Part shown: piece by piece, positions 51,254 to 64,000 of the stretch | How the letters are laid out: each line of letters begins with the position of its first letter | Numbering within the stretch: the stretch's first letter is position 1 | Origin: Macrostomum hystrix | Lineage: Eukaryota; Animalia; Platyhelminthes | Direction of reading: 5' to 3' | DNA length: 64,000 nucleotides | NCBI GenBank assembly: GCA_950097015.1 | Contig: CATNEN010000014.1 | Coordinates: 310,001-374,000 of the forward strand | Made by a program: the position numbers and the translations under genes | Notes under the pieces: generated by a model | The model's input: only the letters and a program-made list of their open reading frames with translations | What the model was told of the DNA's origin: nothing | Database searches by the model: none

Positions 51254-53695
51254 ATGGGCTCTGGTGTGGCCTGCAATCTGGAAATCATCTGCGAGCTTGA
51301 GGGCAACAGTGTTAGTCTCGGCCAGTTTCAAACTCCTCTAAGCCTTTCACAGCTGAGTGCCGCCATCCAAAACTTCTATGGCCGCCAACTTGACGTGAAG
51401 TTCACCATGCCCTGTGGCTCTGTGCAGCCAATCAGCAATCAGCAGGACCTCAACCTCGTTGAGACGATCAACGCAGACCACTATGAACAAGAGGCTGGGA
51501 CCCTTCGTTTGCTCCTCGCTGAATCGGCTCCCGCTGAAGTTCACATCGGTGATGGTGAGTTGGTTAGAATTTGTGCTTGTATTTGGAAAACGGTGGAGTG
51601 CACATGCCTGAGTGCTACACAGGCACTTCTGAAACGGAAACATAGCGAAATGTGAGAAATCATGACAGTATGTCAGGGGCAATGAGGTTGCTGTGACTTA
51701 TAGTGTAAGTTAATTAGCTATAATAATATAGCTTTCAAACACCTGCCTTGAAATCTAAATCTAATTTTCCATTCCTTGATTTGCAGTCGCTGCGATTGCA
51801 CTGAACTTGGACAAGTGCCCGCTGCTTGGCCAGGGCTCCTTTGGCAAGGTGTTTAAGTATGAAGATCTCAACACAGGCCGCATCTACGCTGTCAAAGTAG
51901 TGGAGCTGAACTCCCACAGTCTGGAGTCGCAGGCTGTGCGCTACCTGGAGCAAGAGATCCGACTGCTGCGTGCTATCGAACACCCTCGCATTGTGAAGTA
52001 TTTCGACTGCCGACGCGAGCCCCATCGCCTGTGCATATTCATGGAATTCATGCCAGAGAACAGTCTCCGCCAATACATTCGAGCCCGCGGCACGCTAAAC
52101 GAGAAGGTTGCCATGAGGTTCACCCGCATGGTGACCGAGGGGCTGCACTTCCTGCACAGCAGAGGCATCATCCATCGGGATGTGAAGGGTGAGTACCTGG
52201 GGATTGCATTACGAGTGCCTGATAGCAGTGTTCACTGGAAAGTGAATGCGAGTGCCTGATGACAATGTCCACTGGGATGTGAATGGCGAGTGCCTGATGG
52301 CAGTGTTCACTGGACTGTGAATGGCGAGTGCCTGATGACACTGCACACTGGGATGTGAATGGCGAGTGCCTGATGACACTGCACACTGGGATGTGAATGG
52401 CGAGTGCCTGATGACACTGCACACTGGGATGTGAATGGCGAGTGCCTGATGACACTGCACACTGGGATGTGAATGGCGAGTGCCTGATGTCAGTGTTCAC
52501 TGGGATGCGAATGGCGAGTGCCTGATGACACTGCACACTGGGATGTGAATGGCGAGTGCCTGATGGCAGTGTTCAATGGACTGTGAATGGCGAGTGCCTG
52601 ATGATAATGTTCACTGGGATGTGAATGGCGAGTGCCTGATGGCAGTGTTCACTGGACTGTGAATGGCGAGTGCCTGATGACACTGCACACTGGGATGTGA
52701 ATGGCGAGTGCCTGATGGCAGTGTTCACTGGGATGCGAATGGCGAGTGCCTGATGACACTGCACACTGGGATGTGAATGGCGAGTTCCTGATGACACTGC
52801 ACACTGGGATGTGAATGGCGAGTGCCTGATGACACTGCACACTGGGATGTGAATGGCGAGTGCCTGATGGCAGTGTTCACTGGACTGTGAATGGCGAGTG
52901 CCTGATGACACTGCACACTGGGATGTGAATGGCGAGTGCCTGATGGCAGTGTTCACTGGGATGCGAATGGCGAGTGCCTGATGACACTGCACACTGGGAT
53001 GTGAATGGCGAGTGCCTGATGACACTGCACACTGGGATGTGAATGGCGAGTGCCTGATGACACTGCACACTGGGATGTGAATGGCGAGTGCCTGATGACA
53101 CTGCACACTGGGATGTGAATGGCGAGTGCCTGATGACACTGTCCACTGGGATGTGAATGCTTATTTACATCTGAAAGTTATTCACTGCAGAAGCTGGACT
53201 GGTAAACAGGATGCATGATAAAAAGGCACATAGGACATATAATCAATCTAATTACCAACTTTTCCTTGCACAGCCGCCAACATTCTCAAAGACTCGCGCG
53301 GCAAGGTGAAGCTGTCCGACTTCGGTGCAGCCAAGCGCATCCAGGAGATCGGCTCTAGTCACTCCGTCACCGGCACTGTCTTCTATATGTCGCCAGAGAT
53401 GATCGGTGGGGAGTCCAGAGTCGACTGCAAGACGGACATTTGGTCGCTAGGCGCCACGGTTGTTGAGTTCCTGACCGGCCGGCCGCCCTACCATGACTGC
53501 GATAACCCGGCAGCTGTGGTGTTGCGCATCATGAACCACCCCGAGAACTTCTGCATGCCGCAGGCCGCCAGCGAAGTGGCCCGCGACTTCATCCGATGCT
53601 GCTTCAGCAGACCGGCCGCAGTGAGGCCAAGCGCGGAGGAACTGCTGCGTAGCCACCCCTTCCTACCGCCGCTGGATGATTCGCCACCGCTGTGA
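51254..53695 (+). CDS. Compact PB1 plus STE11 kinase, MEKK2/3-like, paralog A
   Basis: Exons 51254-51554, 51787-52188, 53274-53695. PB1-like N-terminus; LGQGSFG, AVK, HRDVKAANIL, DFG, GTVFYMSPE, DIWSLG, RPSAEELL. Confidence 0.88.
52205..53160. repeat. Intronic minisatellite, ~38-bp unit, about 25 copies, resembling the upstream exon-intron junction
   Basis: Unit GAGTGCCTGATGACACTGCACACTGGGATGTGAATGGC starts about 16 nt after the donor at 52189. Confidence 0.95.
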
Positions 53696-54783
53696 ACGAG
53701 AGTACTGGCTCGGCTTCCAGGCTGCTGGCAGCTTCCAAGACTGCTGAATCTTCGATCCTGTCGATTAAACGTACTTCAAGTTACGCGTTGGATAGGTCAG
53801 GTCAGGTACTTCTTCGGAAAGGTGACAATTATTTTTTAAAGCGCGGAAGCACCGGATTTTGTAACATAATTTGCATGGTATTTATATTGCTTACTACGAG
53901 GGTACTTAGTACTTGCCAAAAGCTGTGCAAATATAGTTTTCACCAGGTGAACCAGTGTTGCTGCTTCACCAGTACATTCAGATATTTTATTACACAGTTT
54001 CGATGAGATATACGCTCGTATATTGCCATGCGCAATATAAGTCCATAGTTACAAGTGGATTCAATATATAATAATTAGAACTTTTCGTTCTAACACTTTT
54101 GTTGTTCTCAGTTGAATTGGCTTATTAGTGTCATTGCAAGGCCCGTTTTTTTAAACAATTATTCCTTAATTTTTTACACTCTGACCTTGAAGCCATTGGC
54201 CTATGAACTGCTGTGCCAACCTGTGCCAACCCTAAGACGGCTCGCGGCTTATTAGTAATATTATTCCAGATTTTATTCAATGCTATCTAACACTTTCATT
54301 CGCTTTGATTTGTACAGTAGGCGAAATCACTCAGACTGCATTTCCTGTTTGCTTTACAGTGTTTATTTAGTAGGGCTGGTTATACGCCTGCAGCGTCTTA
54401 GATTGCTCAAATCTGCATGACCGAATTCGCACATTTTGCTGACTCTGAGCAGTCATTGAGACCTGCTCACTTCGTATTCCAGTTGCCGCTATATGTACAT
54501 CTTGCTCAAATCTAAAAGCTAATTTGTTGCCGATATTTTAATATACTCAAGCTGCCCATAATTTGTATGTTATTTGTATGAAACACCAGCTAGTTTCACA
54601 ATAAAACACCCGCAATCAGACTAATGTTGTGTGTTGTAGATTGAGTTTTGTTTTATTGCATTTTATAGATTATAAGTTTTACGTATAAGCCTGAGGCAGC
54701 CTATTTTACTAATATGACAACATAAGACACTTCTAGCGAGACACAGGATGACAATTAACTGAAAGACGGACAAACTGTATCTT

Positions 54784-55343
54784 GCAGCATCAGTGTACCG
54801 ATATGTGCAGTTTGTCAGTTGAGCTAGTGTAGGCTGGAGGGTCTTCTAGGCTTAGCCAACTTACTGACCAGCAGTGCAGCATCAGTGTACCGATATGTGC
54901 AGCTTGTCAGTTGAGCTAGTGTAGGCTGGAGGGTCTTCTAGGCTTAGCCAACTTACTGCCCAGCAGTGCAGCATCAGTGTACCGATATGTGCAGCTTGTC
55001 AGTTGAGCTAGTGTAGGCTGGAGGGTCTTCTAGGCTTAGCCAACTTACTGACCAGCAGTGCAGCATCAGTGTACCGATATGTGCAGCTTGTCAGTTGAGC
55101 TAGTGTAGGCTGGAGGGTCTTCTAGGCTTAGCCAACTTACTGACCAGCAGTGCAGCATCAGTGTACCGATATGTGCAGTTTGTCAGTTGAGCTAGTGTAG
55201 GCTGGAGGGTCTTCTAGGCTTAGCCAACTTACTGCCCAGCAGTGCAGCATCAGTGTACCGATATGTGCAGTTTGTCAGTTGAGCTAGTGTAGGCTGGAGG
55301 GTCTTCTAGGCTTAGCCAACTTACTGACCAGCAGTGCAGCATC
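54784..55343. repeat. Tandem repeat, 92-bp unit, 6 copies
   Basis: GCAGCATCAGTGTACCGATATG...CCAACTTACTG(A/C)CCAGCAGT at 92-bp spacing (54784, 54876 ... 55336). Confidence 0.95.
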
Positions 55344-55374
55344 TCTTAGCACGACTACGCGCCTCTGCCCCCAG

Positions 55375-58300
55375 ATTGACTCTGCAGAGATTGAAGCATC
55401 CGGGACGCTGTCTGGGTTGGAGACGCCGGGCTCCGTGGTCCTGGTGAAGTGCGTCTGCAGTGGGCAGACGCTGCAGCTGGGGCTTTTTCCAAGGCCGCTG
55501 CGGTTAACATCGCTACTGGAGAAAATTCGCCAGAAATTCGATGGCCTCGAGCGGCTTTTCTACCGCATGCCGGACGCCATGTGTGGCATTGTGCCTGTGC
55601 TGGAGCAACGCGACCTGGACATGGTCACGCGCATCTCGGACGACCACTTCGGCCGGAACAGCCTCCACCTACTGCTGGACCCGCCTATTGGCGGCGACGA
55701 CCAGCCCGCACAGCGTGAGTGCTCGAAAGCTGCCTTGCTAATTAGACTGCGATAATCACCTGCCAGCCACTGCAATCGCGATCGACTAGCATCACATAAA
55801 ATATCCTGCTACCTGTCAGTATGCATCTTGCAATTGCAATTTTCACATTTGAGGCTAGTCACTCTCGTTACTGGTTGGTCAGGGAAGCCAAAACAGGACA
55901 AATTAGTCACTCTCGTTACTGGTTGGTCAGGGAAGCCAAAACAGGACAAATTAGTCACTCTCGTTACTGGTTGGTCAGGGAAGCCAAAACAGGACAAATT
56001 AGTCACTCTCGTTACTGGTTGGTCAGGGAAGCCAAAACAGGACAAATTAGTCACTCTCGTTACTGGTTGGTCAGGGAAGCCAAAACAGGACAAATTAGTC
56101 ACTCTCGTTACTGGTTGGTCAGGGAAGCCAAAACAGGACAAATTAGTCACTCTCGTTACTGGTTGGTCAGGGAAGCCAAAACAGGACAAATTAGTCACTC
56201 TCGTTACTGGTTGGTCAGGGAAGCCAAAACAGGACAAATTAGTCACTCTCGTTACTGGTTGGTCAGGGAAGCCAAAACAGGACAAATTAGTCACTCTCGT
56301 TACTGGTTGGTCAGGGAAGCCAAAACAGGACAAATTAGTCACTCTCGTTACTGGTTGGTCAGGGAAGCCAAAACAGGACAAATTAGTCACTCTCGTTACT
56401 GGTTGGTCAGGGAAGCCAAAACAGGACAAATTAGTCACTCTCGTTACTGGTTGGTCAGGGAAGCCAAAACAGGACAAATTAGTCACTCTCGTTACTGGTT
56501 GGTCAGGGAAGCCAAAACAGGACAAATTAGTCACTCTCGTTACTGGTTGGTCAGGGAAGCCAAAACAGGACAAATCGACTGCCCGACTGACGAAAAGCTG
56601 ACGAGTATAGTAGATACAGAGGGAATCAATTATTTCGACAGAAAAAAAACTTTTTTAAGACTTAGTTAACCTACCTTTAGTTCGCTTAAAAGAGCTCTTT
56701 TAAAGAAAGCTCAGCTCAGTGTGTGCTGCTTCGCTACTGAATATCAATCGGGAACTCATAATTCCAGCCTACTATGTACGCTCTTATTTGGCATTTTGCA
56801 CCGTCCACCATCGTGTGCTGCTTCGCTACTGAATATCAATCGGGAACTCATAATCGGGCATCAGGAAAAAGTAACGCTGGGCTGCCGGTTTTTGCCTCAG
56901 GTATTTTCTTGAAGGTAGAACTTGGTGGGAATCCCATCCACATGTTCCTGCAACACCTCATTGGTCAGGCTGCTTAACATGGAGTGGTTCGAGGTCGGAG
57001 CCAAAGAGCTTTGCGTCCCAGAACTGCCAGTCTAACAACCGGCGTCGCCCTAGCCCTTTAACATGAAGTTTGCAAATCACAGCTGCCGATGTGAGATAGG
57101 CCCAGGGGCTGGTCAGGGAGGGCATAGGCGCCATTCATCAGGTCCTCCACAAGGGTCTGAATGAAACTGGAAACCCGGTAGTGAATCAGACTCTTGTCCT
57201 TTGTGGATTTCACGAGCTTGCTTGAGTTGTCAAATGATGTACTTTTAACTGCGCTCAGTCATAGGCCTGAAGTTGACGCAGATTTTCCTGAGATTGTCGC
57301 AGAATGGTGACTCATCCTAACTGCACCGAGTCTATCGGGTAGGTAAAATTCACTCATGCTTGAGTGATCAATTCAATCATTCACTCAAAGCGGCCTGCAG
57401 TCTGGCTCTGAATACGCGGTGGGCCCGACGTCCAGCTAATGTCGATCGATGAGTCTGAACCCCTACCTCCATCCTCCTTAATGTCCTCCATCACAAGCGT
57501 ACATTACCCATGAACAAAAATTCCCTACTGTGTCAGTAATTTTTATGACCTGTCAAAATAAACTTCCCGTCAGGCTCTTCATTGTAAATATCACACAGTG
57601 AAGCGAGAAGCTGCTCACTTCCAGTTTATTGAAGCGAACCCGCAGCAAGCAATGCAGCGATTTCGAATCTAAGTACGAGGGGTATGAACCACTTTCCACT
57701 TTAGCAACGGCCACGCCTGTGAATTTTAAACAAGAGGAGCTTCTGGGCCATGGTAGCTTCGGCGCTGTTTACCGCTGTGTTGACCTGGACACAGGCCGCA
57801 TCTTTTCCATGAAAGTAGTCCAGCTCGAAGCCAACGACGATCGAAGCGCCCAAAAGGTGACAGCCTTGGAGGCGAAGTTCCAGCTGCTGCGCAATATCAA
57901 GCACGAATGCGTGGTGCAGTACTTCGGCTGCCACAGGGAGCCAACCCGTCTGTGCGTCTTCATGGAGTACATGGACGGCGGAAGCGTTCGGGACTTTATC
58001 ATCGAAAGTGGCCCTCTGCGCGAAGTTCTGGCTAGAAAGTACACCAGGATGGTTTTGCATGGACTAAGTTTCCTGCATGACAACAGCATCGTGCACAGTG
58101 ATATTAAATGTGAGTCATCAGGTTTGAGTTGGGTTGCTGGGACTCTATCGGATATCCTATATTACCCAAGCCAGAATTTATCTAATATAAACCGATTTGC
58201 ATATATATGTACAAATTGTCATTCTGAGAAATAAATATTCACGCACTGCTGTTGCTACCGAATCAAATATTTCTACCGCTGTTTATCATCACCCAGGTGC

Positions 58301-58748
58301 AAACATCCTTCGCGACTCAGCTGGCAGCGTAAAGATTGCAGACTTCAGCGCCTCGAGGCAGCTTAGCAACATAAATCATAACCCATTTCCTTGGTCCGAA
58401 AAGTTCGGCAACGTGTTCTACACGCCACCAGAGGTGTTCCGTGGTGCTGCTTTCGACTGCCGTGCCGACATTTGGTCGTTAGGAGCAACCATTGTCGAAT
58501 TCCTCACAGGTGATCCACCGTATCACTACCTGGACAACCCTGCCAGCGTCATGTATCATATTGTGAGCGACACGGCAATTGAATTAATGCTTCCCGCCTC
58601 GACCAGCCAAGAAGCTACACTATTTATCAATTCCTGTTTCGCCTCAGCCGACCAGCGACCTAATGCTAAAGAGCTGCTTCGGTATCAATTTGCGAGTTTC
58701 TCTGCGACTGCTGATATGCATCCAGGAGTCTTAGCTCCCGAGCGATGA
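55375..58748 (+). CDS. PB1 plus MEKK2/3-like kinase, paralog B, with degenerate catalytic motifs; start and linker exons unresolved
   Basis: PB1 exon about 55375-55714; kinase exons about 57625-58109 and 58297-58748. LGHGSFG, SMK, HSDIKCANIL, DFS, YTPPE, DIWSLG. Direct joining of the PB1 and kinase exons is out of phase, so an intermediate exon is needed. Confidence 0.72.
55856..56575. repeat. Near-perfect minisatellite, 48-bp unit, 15 copies
   Basis: TAGTCACTCTCGTTACTGGTTGGTCAGGGAAGCCAAAACAGGACAAAT x15 (720 bp). Confidence 0.97.
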
Positions 58749-61700
58749 GATGTTATGTAAAATGTTGCATCTGCAAGCATTGCATGAGGGCCGAAAATTT
58801 TGCTGGATTGCTGATTATTTTTTACACTGTAAGATGTAAGACCTGGAAAATGGCTTCCGTTCAAATTGATTATGCGTTTCCAGCGTTTAGGAGTCAGGTT
58901 AACTCCCCTGATGTACACTGCAGTTTACTTGAGTGCCGAATGACGTGATCAGACATCCACGTTCTCTCTATTACCTTGCAAATGTACATCTTAACAATCT
59001 TATTACTGTGTGATTATCTCACACTTAAACTTGTGTTTTTAAAGACTAATTAACGAATAAGGAAATTAAACGGCAAATAATTTTTGGCATTAGAAACATT
59101 CTATATGATAAGAAACGCTTAGTTTTTAATGACGTGAATCTATCACGTGTTGTTTAACAGTCCCCTTGTTTCTGGAATTTTCATGAAGCTAATTTGCTAA
59201 TATAATTGAGTATTTCATTTATATTTACATACAATAACCAAAATATCACAATATTTATGATATTAATTTTTATGAACTTCGTGTACCGGCCATGAAATAA
59301 TTCGTATTTTCGTTAAGCTTATAGATTGGTGATGATAAACTCATAACTAACTTAGTAGAGGAGATTTCAAGCGCGATTCGGCACAGGGTGCGCAGCTAGA
59401 CAGTTCTGTTTATAATATAGAAGTTAGTTAATAATATTAATAATAAACACTGATATTTTAAGTTAAAAAAAACTTGCGAGTTTAAAAAAGTCCGCTTATG
59501 AAAGTCAACATTCAAGTATTGTTTTTCACGCTGAATATTTCAGAAATAGCTTTTATCAAAGTGGGTTAATTAACATAATACGGTTATAAGCAAAAAACAA
59601 ATTTCATTCAGTGAGTTATTTGTTTCATTCCTTTACAAACGCACGTTTTTAATTGGTATTTAGCTTTATAAGAACGTCGCATATTAAAAATGAATTATTG
59701 AATAATTGCTTTGTTCTTTCCTTATTAGCTGTATGTTGTTTATTTTTGTGGTTTTAGCGTGTATTTTATTTTCTTATATTTGTGATTTCTTCTCTTAGAT
59801 TATAATTCTGCCGTACTTTCTCAGTTCTTAACTTTTTTAAGCATTCTTTGAAGTATAATAAGACTTGGACTAAATTGATCAATTCGCCTGAAAGGTAGTC
59901 AATAATCGTTCGTCAACGAAAGCAATCCACTTGCTACAAAATGACACCTTAGACACAAATTAGTCAAGTACTTTGTTAGATATTCTCATTTAAAGTGTGC
60001 TTTATCTGCTTCTTTATCGCTAGGCCCTATTGTCATACCATCGACATTACACAAATTAGTGCTGTGACCATGTTCTTGATCTATATGGCATAAAAGTTTA
60101 TATATATCTTGATGCATGTCCTTGCTAAAAATTACACACACACAGACACACAAATTAGCAAAGTAAATTTTAGATGTTCTCATTTAAAATGGGCTTTCAT
60201 CATACCCTAGACATTTAACAAATGTGTGTTATGACCTTGACACATCTTGCCACCTATCCCAGCTAATTTAGTAAAAAACACATGCAAGTACAAATTTATA
60301 AAGCACAATTTTCTAAACACCTTAGAGATAATGCTTATAGGTATGTCTATTGTGAAAAGTTTGTGCCTTAATAACTTGTCTAAGCTTTGGTGTTTGTTGT
60401 TGCAGTTTACCTATGTTAGGGGCTCCAGTGAGAAATTAAAAATAAAAAATTCCATATTTTTGGTTTTCTTGTGTTACAGATCTCGCCTGTCTGAGTTAAA
60501 AGACACCTCACGCATAAAAATTGGTCAAGTATTAAAAAAGTTGTACAACCATTTTTTATCAACATTTTAGTTGTTTTTGTAATGTACTTTTCCCAAAAGG
60601 GGCTGTGTTCCAGATGACCAGATTGATTTGACTTAGAAAACAAAAAAATGCAATTACATTTTTATTTTTTAATGGATTTTAAAAACTCCAAAAGCATATA
60701 GATTATTTTTTCATTATCTACACTATGGAATATATATATCTTCTATTAACACTCAGTATCAAAGTATTAAATTTCAATTTTACATTGAACAAGAATACTA
60801 TGCTGACAAGACTTGTTTATTTGATTACAATATAAAACTCTTTTGGCTTTAAAGAAGTGGCAAAGCCATACACATTCCATAGTTTAACAAATAGACATTG
60901 CATAGACATCCATTTACTATTTACAGTCAATTGCAAAAGCCATCTGAAATGCGTAAAGGGGTGCATTAGAGAAACATGTTTCCGGTAGATTTGCCTAAAA
61001 GAAAATAAAAAGGTTTGAGTATATCATATTCTACATAAAATTCTATGTAAAATTTTAATGGGATACACTTGGAAAGCACTATAAACAATGATTGAAAAAA
61101 ATGAAAATGAAAATTTCAACCTAAAAATGTGCAAAGTAAAAAAACTGTCTTTTACTAAAAAAGAATTGTTAATTTAGATTTTTATATCCTCTTTCTTAAT
61201 TTTTAATTTGTTTATTTTAGTATCAATGCATTAGTAATAAGTTCTATGTAAGGTAGTATTTTCTAAATTTAGATCACACAGCGAATACTTAAAAAGAACA
61301 AATTTTGGCACTGTATAACTTTTTGTTTTGCACTAATTGTAGAGTATAAACACTTGTTGTAAAGTAAATTTTATCTTCTTTCTATTGATAGTAGGCTTTA
61401 TTTTCTTAACATAAAATTTATGTTCTTTTATTCATCAGAACATGGCATTGTTTTTTTATCTTTTTTTCATTTTTCTGTCTTTTCGCTCACTAGAGTCCCT
61501 ACCTATGTGACTAGGTATATCACATATGAATGAATCATTTTTTGCCAGCTTTCATTCATCTGTTTGGGCTATACATCAAAACATGAGGTAAGCTCAGTTG
61601 CTGGAATTTCAAAGACTCAAATGGTTGTTGATGATTGTAGTGCTTTAAGTGAGTGAGTCTGGCATTAATCTATTTCTATATTGATTCTGCCATTTCAGAA

Positions 61701-62649
61701 GCAGTTGCAAAGAATGAAATTACAAAAACTATTGATTTTCAGGACCAATATATTCATTTCTAGTGAAATGACTCCATTTGCAAAACTATATTCACCATAA
61801 AATGCAAATGTTAAACTGGCTTTTCTCATCTTCAGCAACTGTTAATTGGACTCCCTATATTACAAATCCCATAGTGATGTTGCTCCCTGAGAATGGTCAT
61901 GGGATTACAAAGGATGTCATTTGAATGCAAAAAAATGCCAATGGTAATTTTAAGCATGAATGTCTGAGTTCTCCAAGTCCTGTCCATACTCAAGGGAATG
62001 ATGCGGAAGGCTTAGCTAAGTCCATGTGCAGTCCACATTGCAAAGATATCCACCTGATAAAATTGTTGTCAAAGAGATATTTTTTAAATAGCAAGCAGCA
62101 AAGCAATAAATAAAAAAATATCTGACAATATTTATACCTCATATTGTCAGTCTCATCTTTGCCTGAGGGAACATGGCCACATTAAATCTCTAGTCTCAAA
62201 ACAGCCAGCAATTCTTGGACTGTTCACGCTATATGCAAAGTTGCTAGATGTGATCAAACATACAAATTTGTTATGAATAATATCAATTGATAAATGGAAA
62301 TGGGATGTATGTGCAGAAGGATTGTATAAGCATGATAAGGCAGACTCACCAACCTTTAAGAAGACCACATAGGCAGAAAAATCTTATATTGGAAAGAAAA
62401 TAAAATCATGCAAAGGGATTTCTGAAGATCTTCTGAAGCCAAGAAAGCCCACTTTAGATGAGAATTTCTAAAAAAGTACTTCACTTAATTGTGTGTCTGA
62501 GGAGTCATTTTGTTGCAAGGACATGCATCAAGCAGTTGTAACAGTATCTAGTGAAATATTTTGACCCATGCCTTTAGGTGAGGCAGAGATAGGAGATAGA
62601 AGTTTATTTCTTATGCAATATGCAGTTAGAATCGCAATGCTTATTACCA

Positions 62650-63685
62650 CGTGTGGGATCCCCTCGCACACAGAAGAGCTGTGACTCTGCGGGGCATCCC
62701 CAAGATGAGGCGACGCAGAAAATCCTGGGGAAGTTGCTGCCAAGCGTTTGCAATGGCGTGACGCAGCTCCGCAACATTCTGTGGTGCATTCTCTTTTTGA
62801 ATGCTGCTCTTCAGAAAGTCCCAGACATCTCGATTGGATTCATGTCCGGGGACCGGGAAGGCCAGCGCAGCGCAGAATGCGGATCTGTAGCTGCTGTTTC
62901 ACTTGACCAACAGCATCGGCTCGGTGTGACGGCGCGTTATCATCCTGGAGAATGCACATGCCAACTCCTCCGAAAATAGCGTTGGCAAACGGTAGGAACC
63001 GAGTCTGCAGAAGATCTGCGTAACTATTAGCATTCACGTTGGCATCCAGGAAGACGATATCCGTCCTTGAATGTAGCGAGATGCTGGCCCAAACTGCACT
63101 GAGGCAGCCTGGCTCTCAGAGCACTGTACATGCTGCTGCAGCATCTCATGCCGATTCTCGCCAAACGCGGGTGCGACCATCTACTTGGAAAAGTCGGAAC
63201 CGGCTCTCGTCAGTGAGAACAACGCGTCGCCACTGCTGCTGCCTCCAGCGGACGCGCTGCATCGCCCACTGCTCTCAGCTGGCGATGTGGGCAGGACTGA
63301 GTCGAGGCCGCTTGCGCATCTTGCGAGAGCGGAGGCCGGCCTCCAGGATTTGACGTCGAACTGTCTGGGCGCTCAGGAGTCAGGATGCTTCCTGCTCTGC
63401 TTCTCTCACCCCACATCAGACGGAGCAGGGTGGCTGGCAGGGTGGGAGTTCGCCTTACTATTCGCAGCAGACGGCGATTTGCTCTGGCTGTTGAGCCACG
63501 GAGATCAAGACGCTGACTGCCTTTCCCAGCGCATTCCACGCTGCCAGTCTCACGGGACTTTGTCAGCCGTTTTCGAATTGCCGCTCGCGATCTTCAAACC
63601 TGCGAGCAACTTCGCTGATGGACACACCGACTTCCAGCTTTCCAACAGCACGCCATCGTTCAGCATTAGTCATCTGCCGGATCAT
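62650..63685 (-). mobile_element. Tc1/mariner transposase pseudogene
   Basis: HTH-like MTNAERWRAVGKLEVGVSISEVARRF, then VVLTDESRF, LQDDNAPSH and PDMNPIE (DD34E-like motifs), split by frameshifts. Confidence 0.85.
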
Positions 63686-64000
63686 TTTTGAAATCGTGTG
63701 TGTGTGGATTAGACTTAAAATTTGTCCTCCTAAAGTTACGCAGTTTTGTACCATTACACAGACCCAATCCCCCCAAGTAACAATAAGCTTCGCTGCGTGC
63801 CGCAAGTTGCGTCACTCACAATAAGTGAGAAAAATTCCATCTCGCTTGGAGGGTGGAACTTTGTACTGTTGCTGAGTATATGTCGCTTATAAGTTGGTTG
63901 GGGTGGGGCAGAGATGACCAACCTCTCAGGGGTAGAAAGTGTGCAAAACTAGTGTACATGTTGTACATAGGCATACTCATCTAGAAACAGGCATAACAAT

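Noticed and set aside
61600-62400. Possible decayed transposase-like coding fragments on the minus strand
   Set aside because: Many stops and no motif I could assign to a family.
62480-63850. Terminal inverted repeats of the Tc1 element
   Set aside because: Only weak partial similarity between about 62480 and 63825; no convincing TIR or TA TSD.

Overview
This is eukaryotic (metazoan) genomic DNA: compact, GC-rich, intron-containing genes separated by AT-rich spacers, with many tandem arrays and transposon relics. The style is consistent with a free-living flatworm such as Macrostomum; this is an inference and cannot be confirmed from the window. Host genes, all on + except one: METAP2, CCT6, MIF-family, a short JARID2-N-terminus-like gene, RanGAP1, two divergent Rab7-like paralogs, a GST, an ependymin-related gene (- strand), Orai, SUZ12, SCO1/2 and two tandem PB1-MEKK2/3-like kinases. 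The 24-40 kb region is a nested transposon cluster. It holds a young non-autonomous LTR element (767-bp LTRs, 4-bp TSD, tRNA-Leu-type PBS) inserted between ORF1 and ORF2 of a CR1/L2-type LINE, plus MITEs and relics. Most notable: (1) tandem arrays that are amplified copies of neighbouring splice junctions; (2) a stand-alone JARID2 N-terminal module without Jmj/ARID domains; (3) a YAG acceptor just before nearly every start codon, plus two ATG-less genes that fit spliced-leader-donated AUG; (4) a kinase/pseudokinase MEKK pair with reciprocal losses; (5) a conserved orphan accessory ORF in an LTR family. All protein-family comparisons are against reference sequences recalled from memory, not computed alignments; exon boundaries were read by hand.
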